Below the pieces are notes generated by a model. It was not told where the DNA came from and did no database searches. It saw only the letters and a program-made list of their open reading frames with translations. Both the position numbers and the translations under genes were made by a program. This document shows positions 58,421 through 64,000 of a stretch of 64,000 bases of DNA, in pieces (position 1 is the stretch's first letter; every line of letters starts with the position of its first letter). This stretch comes from the human T2T-CHM13v2.0 reference genome, Homo sapiens: positions 22,464,001-22,528,000 of the forward strand of contig CP068257.2 in NCBI GenBank assembly GCA_009914755.4, in the 5' to 3' direction.

Positions 58421-58523
58421 ATATATATATATATATAATATATATATATATATACACACATAAAATATATATATGCACATAAAAATATATATGCACATTA
58501 AAATATATATATATTATATATTT
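58421..58523. repeat. (TA)n-rich compound microsatellite replacing or extending the Alu A-tail
   Basis: Direct read of 'atatatatatatatataatatatatatatatatacacacataaaatatatatatgcacataaaaatatatatgcacattaaaatatatatatattatatattt'. Confidence 0.9.
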
Positions 58524-59657
58524 ACCCTACCAAATATCTCCCCACCCTAAGTTTCCTTTGTCCATAGTTTCAGAAAAGACTTTATTGATTTGAAAAAAGA
58601 ATGTTCACTTGGCACAGTGAAAATATTTCTTCATTATTTCTCTTAAAAAGATCTTGAAGTTTTGAGAGGCAAAGGGTTAGAGAAGCCCTCCAGTGGCATT
58701 ATCACATGCAGGAGTTTTAGACTTGAAAATAGTGAAGGAAAAGATATTCCCCCACCTATAATTTGTCCTCACTTGACTCGAGTTGTACAGTGATCCAACC
58801 CTTTTTCAATCTCTATCACACAGGTAGTTTATGTTGCTTTGGAATATTTTTAGGGGACAAGGCAAATCGTGTTTTCTCAAATGCTTTTTGGAACTGACTC
58901 ATTAAAGAGATTCAATTAAAGAATAAAAAGACTTAAAAAAGAACATTGTGCTATGACATCTAAATTCTATTTGAGGAAATATCAGATAAACATAAAATGC
59001 AGAACATTTCATTAAAATCAAAATTAATGTATTCTTCAAAAAATGCCAATGTCATAAATTACACAGAAAAGCTTAGGAATTGTTCCGTATTAAAGGAAAC
59101 TTAAAAGACGTGACCAGTAAATATAATGTGTTATCCTAGACTGAATCCTGAACTAGGAGATAAAAGCCAAACTGCAAATGACTTTGACTTTACGAGGTCA
59201 ACTGACAATATTTGAATATAGATCATAACATAGATAAAAGCATTGAATAAACATTTAGGTTATCTCAGTTCTTGACACTAGTATTTATAACATTATCCTT
59301 ATTTTTAAAAAATTCACTGTGACATACTCAGCACTAAAAAACTATAAGTAAACAACTCTCAATTCATTAAAGTTGCTGTTTATATATGTATATACACAAA
59401 CACAGGAATGTATATGAAATATATATTTTATATGCATATATTACCTATATAATACAATAATTTTGTGAAACACTTGATAATGTGTGTGTATTTACACACA
59501 CAAAGAAACACAAATAGTAAAACAAATAAGGCTAAAATTTACAAAAGCTAAATATAAAGAAAATATGCGTGATTTTTGTGCTGTTCTTGCAATGTTTCTA
59601 TACGTTAAAATTATCACCCTTACACAGCACTAAATATATATGTTTTCTCAAAATTCA

Positions 59658-60196
<539 letters not shown>

Positions 60197-60204
60197 ACCA
60201 GATA

Positions 60205-62200
<1,996 letters not shown>

Positions 62201-63454
62201 CCCGCTATGATACATTGTCGATGAAAATGGCCATAATTTTTCTCCTCCCTGGTTCTATCCCCCTTTACACCATGGTTTTAGTCTTGTCTTCTCAAGTAGT
62301 GGTGTCTATTTAAGCAACCCTAAATTCTGTGACTTTCACTGATCAGTTGGATGTGGTGGGAGGTTTGTGGTACCATCACCAAGCAGATTTATGCTTGGCT
62401 TCTTGGATCCGTGTGAACAAGATGAGGCTAGTTGGCTGATAGATGAGACAACAGGTGGGCCATAGGTTACTCTTCCCAGTTATTCTAGCCAAGCCACATT
62501 GGTTTGTTTCCCATTCATTAGTCATAAAGCAGTTATGATTTAAGTACATTTTATATAAATTGTTTTAACCATTGGAAAACCAGCACCTAGCTATAGTCAA
62601 GCAGACATAAGTATCATAAAATATTTGCAATAAAAACATACATAATGCCTAAAATGCAAGGTTTGTTTAAATGCTGTCAATGATCCAGTGAAAGATATGG
62701 AACAGGAATCATTAATCTCATTTTATACTGAAGGCAGCAGAATCACAAAGAATTAACTTCTTAAACTTTCTTAGGAGGCTAAGTGTCAGAAATTTGAACC
62801 TTGTTATTTTTATTTCAGAATCAATGTATTTTTATTATAGTAGACAACAAGTTTTAGAAGAAATACATTTGCTTTCTCTTTGTTTTAATGAAAATGTGTG
62901 TATTTTTTTTTCTTTTTATAGTTTTCTTTTATTTTTTGTTGCATCCCAGTATTTAACATCTGCTTGGAGTAATGACTATAAATGATAGCCAGGCAAGACT
63001 CATGAACAACATATACTTTCAGATTTCTAAGGAAGATGAAGAAAAGGAGTTTTAGACATGAGATGACTGCAGGCTTCTTGATACATATTTATTTTTCTCA
63101 TCTACTGCTACCAATGAGTATTATTATATTATCTATAACAAAATTCTACCATCCATTTATGTAGTTGATACTTCCTGAGTTCCTGCTATTTGCCAGGCAC
63201 TGTGCCACTACTGTCTATAGTGGGAAACAAAACAGAATCCCTAAGTTCCTGGCCTCATGGAGCTTATAGTCCAGTGTGAGAGAGAGATGACTAACAAGTA
63301 AATACACATACATTAATTTGGAAATGATAACTGCTACACTGGAAAAGAACCAGAAACCAGAGAGAAAACAAAAGGCTAGGGACTGGTGATTTAGTAGTGA
63401 AGTATGAGTGCTGCTCTGGGTGATAAGATGTGGAATCAAAACCTGGAAGCAAAG

Positions 63455-63766
63455 GCGAGCACAGTGGCTCATGCCTGTAATCCCAGCATTTTGGGATGTC
63501 AAGGTAGAGGGATCACTTGATCCCAGGAGTTTGAGACCAGCACATAGGGAAACCCCATCTCTATAAAAAATTGGAAAGTTAGCCAAGTGTGGTGATGCAT
63601 GCCTGTAGTCTCAATTACTTGCAAGTCTGAGGTGGGAAGATCGCTTGAGCCCAGCAGATCAAGGCTGCAGTGGGCCATGATCGTGCCACAGTACTCCAGC
63701 CTGGGTGACAGAGTGAGACTCTGTCAAAAATCCCCAAAATACAAAAAAAAAAACCCCACAAAAAAA
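63455..63766 (+). mobile_element. Full-length AluJ-like element, sense orientation
   Basis: 'ggcgagcacagtggctcatgcctgtaatcccagcattttgggatgtcaaggtagagggatcacttgatcccaggagtttgagaccagcacatagggaaaccccatctctataaaaaattggaaagttagccaagtgtggtgatgcatgcctgtagtctcaattacttgcaagtctgaggtgggaagatcgcttgagcccagcagatcaaggctgcagtgggccatgatcgtgccacagtactccagcctgggtgacagagtgagactctgtcaaaaatccccaaaatacaaaaaaaaaaa'. Confidence 0.93.
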
Positions 63767-64000
63767 CCTGGAAACAGAGCTGGGGTGGAGAAGCAAGCCC
63801 AAAAAACTGAACTTCGTGGGCAAAGGCTGTAAGATGAGCAAGAGTTTCAGACACCTGAGAAATTAAATAAGCCTCATTAAGTCTGAAGGAGAGGGAACGA
63901 AGCAGAGTGTGCCAAGAAATGAAGGTGGGAAAATAGGAGCCTTATAGGCCAAGGTATAGCATTCAATTATATCTCATTGAGGCATGCAGAAAAATAGAAG

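Overview
This window is primate, almost certainly human, nuclear DNA rather than a prokaryotic locus. It is AT-rich, shows no CpG islands and contains no protein-coding exon that I can defend. Prokaryotic feature classes (operons, RBS, CRISPR, sigma promoters) do not apply, and the bacterial-style ORF track is uninformative here. Many listed ORFs are simply Alu or L1 read in some frame, for example the recurring '...[14 protein letters not shown]...[11 protein letters not shown]...AGITG..HHHA.LIF.F' peptides.

What I can see directly is mostly transposable-element debris:
- About 18 Alu copies in both orientations, several with recognisable target-site duplications (TSDs) and poly-A tails.
- Several L1 3'-end fragments. 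One has an inverted 5' segment (twin-priming-like). Two carry younger Alu insertions with intact TSDs.
- A degraded Tigger1-like pogo/Tc1-mariner DNA transposon whose transposase reading frame is still recognisable. An AluJ, an L1 and an AluS/Y are nested inside it.
- Four or five MaLR LTRs (one MLT1-type, the others THE1/MST-type).
- Many microsatellites: (GA)n, (CA/GT)n and (TA)n.

The most unusual structure is a roughly 213-bp near-perfect inverted repeat at 54755-54967, with 88-bp arms and a ~34-nt loop, which looks like a MITE or long-hairpin RNA precursor. I found no evidence of a novel multi-gene system. The rest of the window is AT-rich sequence with no recognisable features.

All coordinates are approximate to about +/-10 bp. 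Repeat family names come from my memory of consensus sequences, not from a database search.
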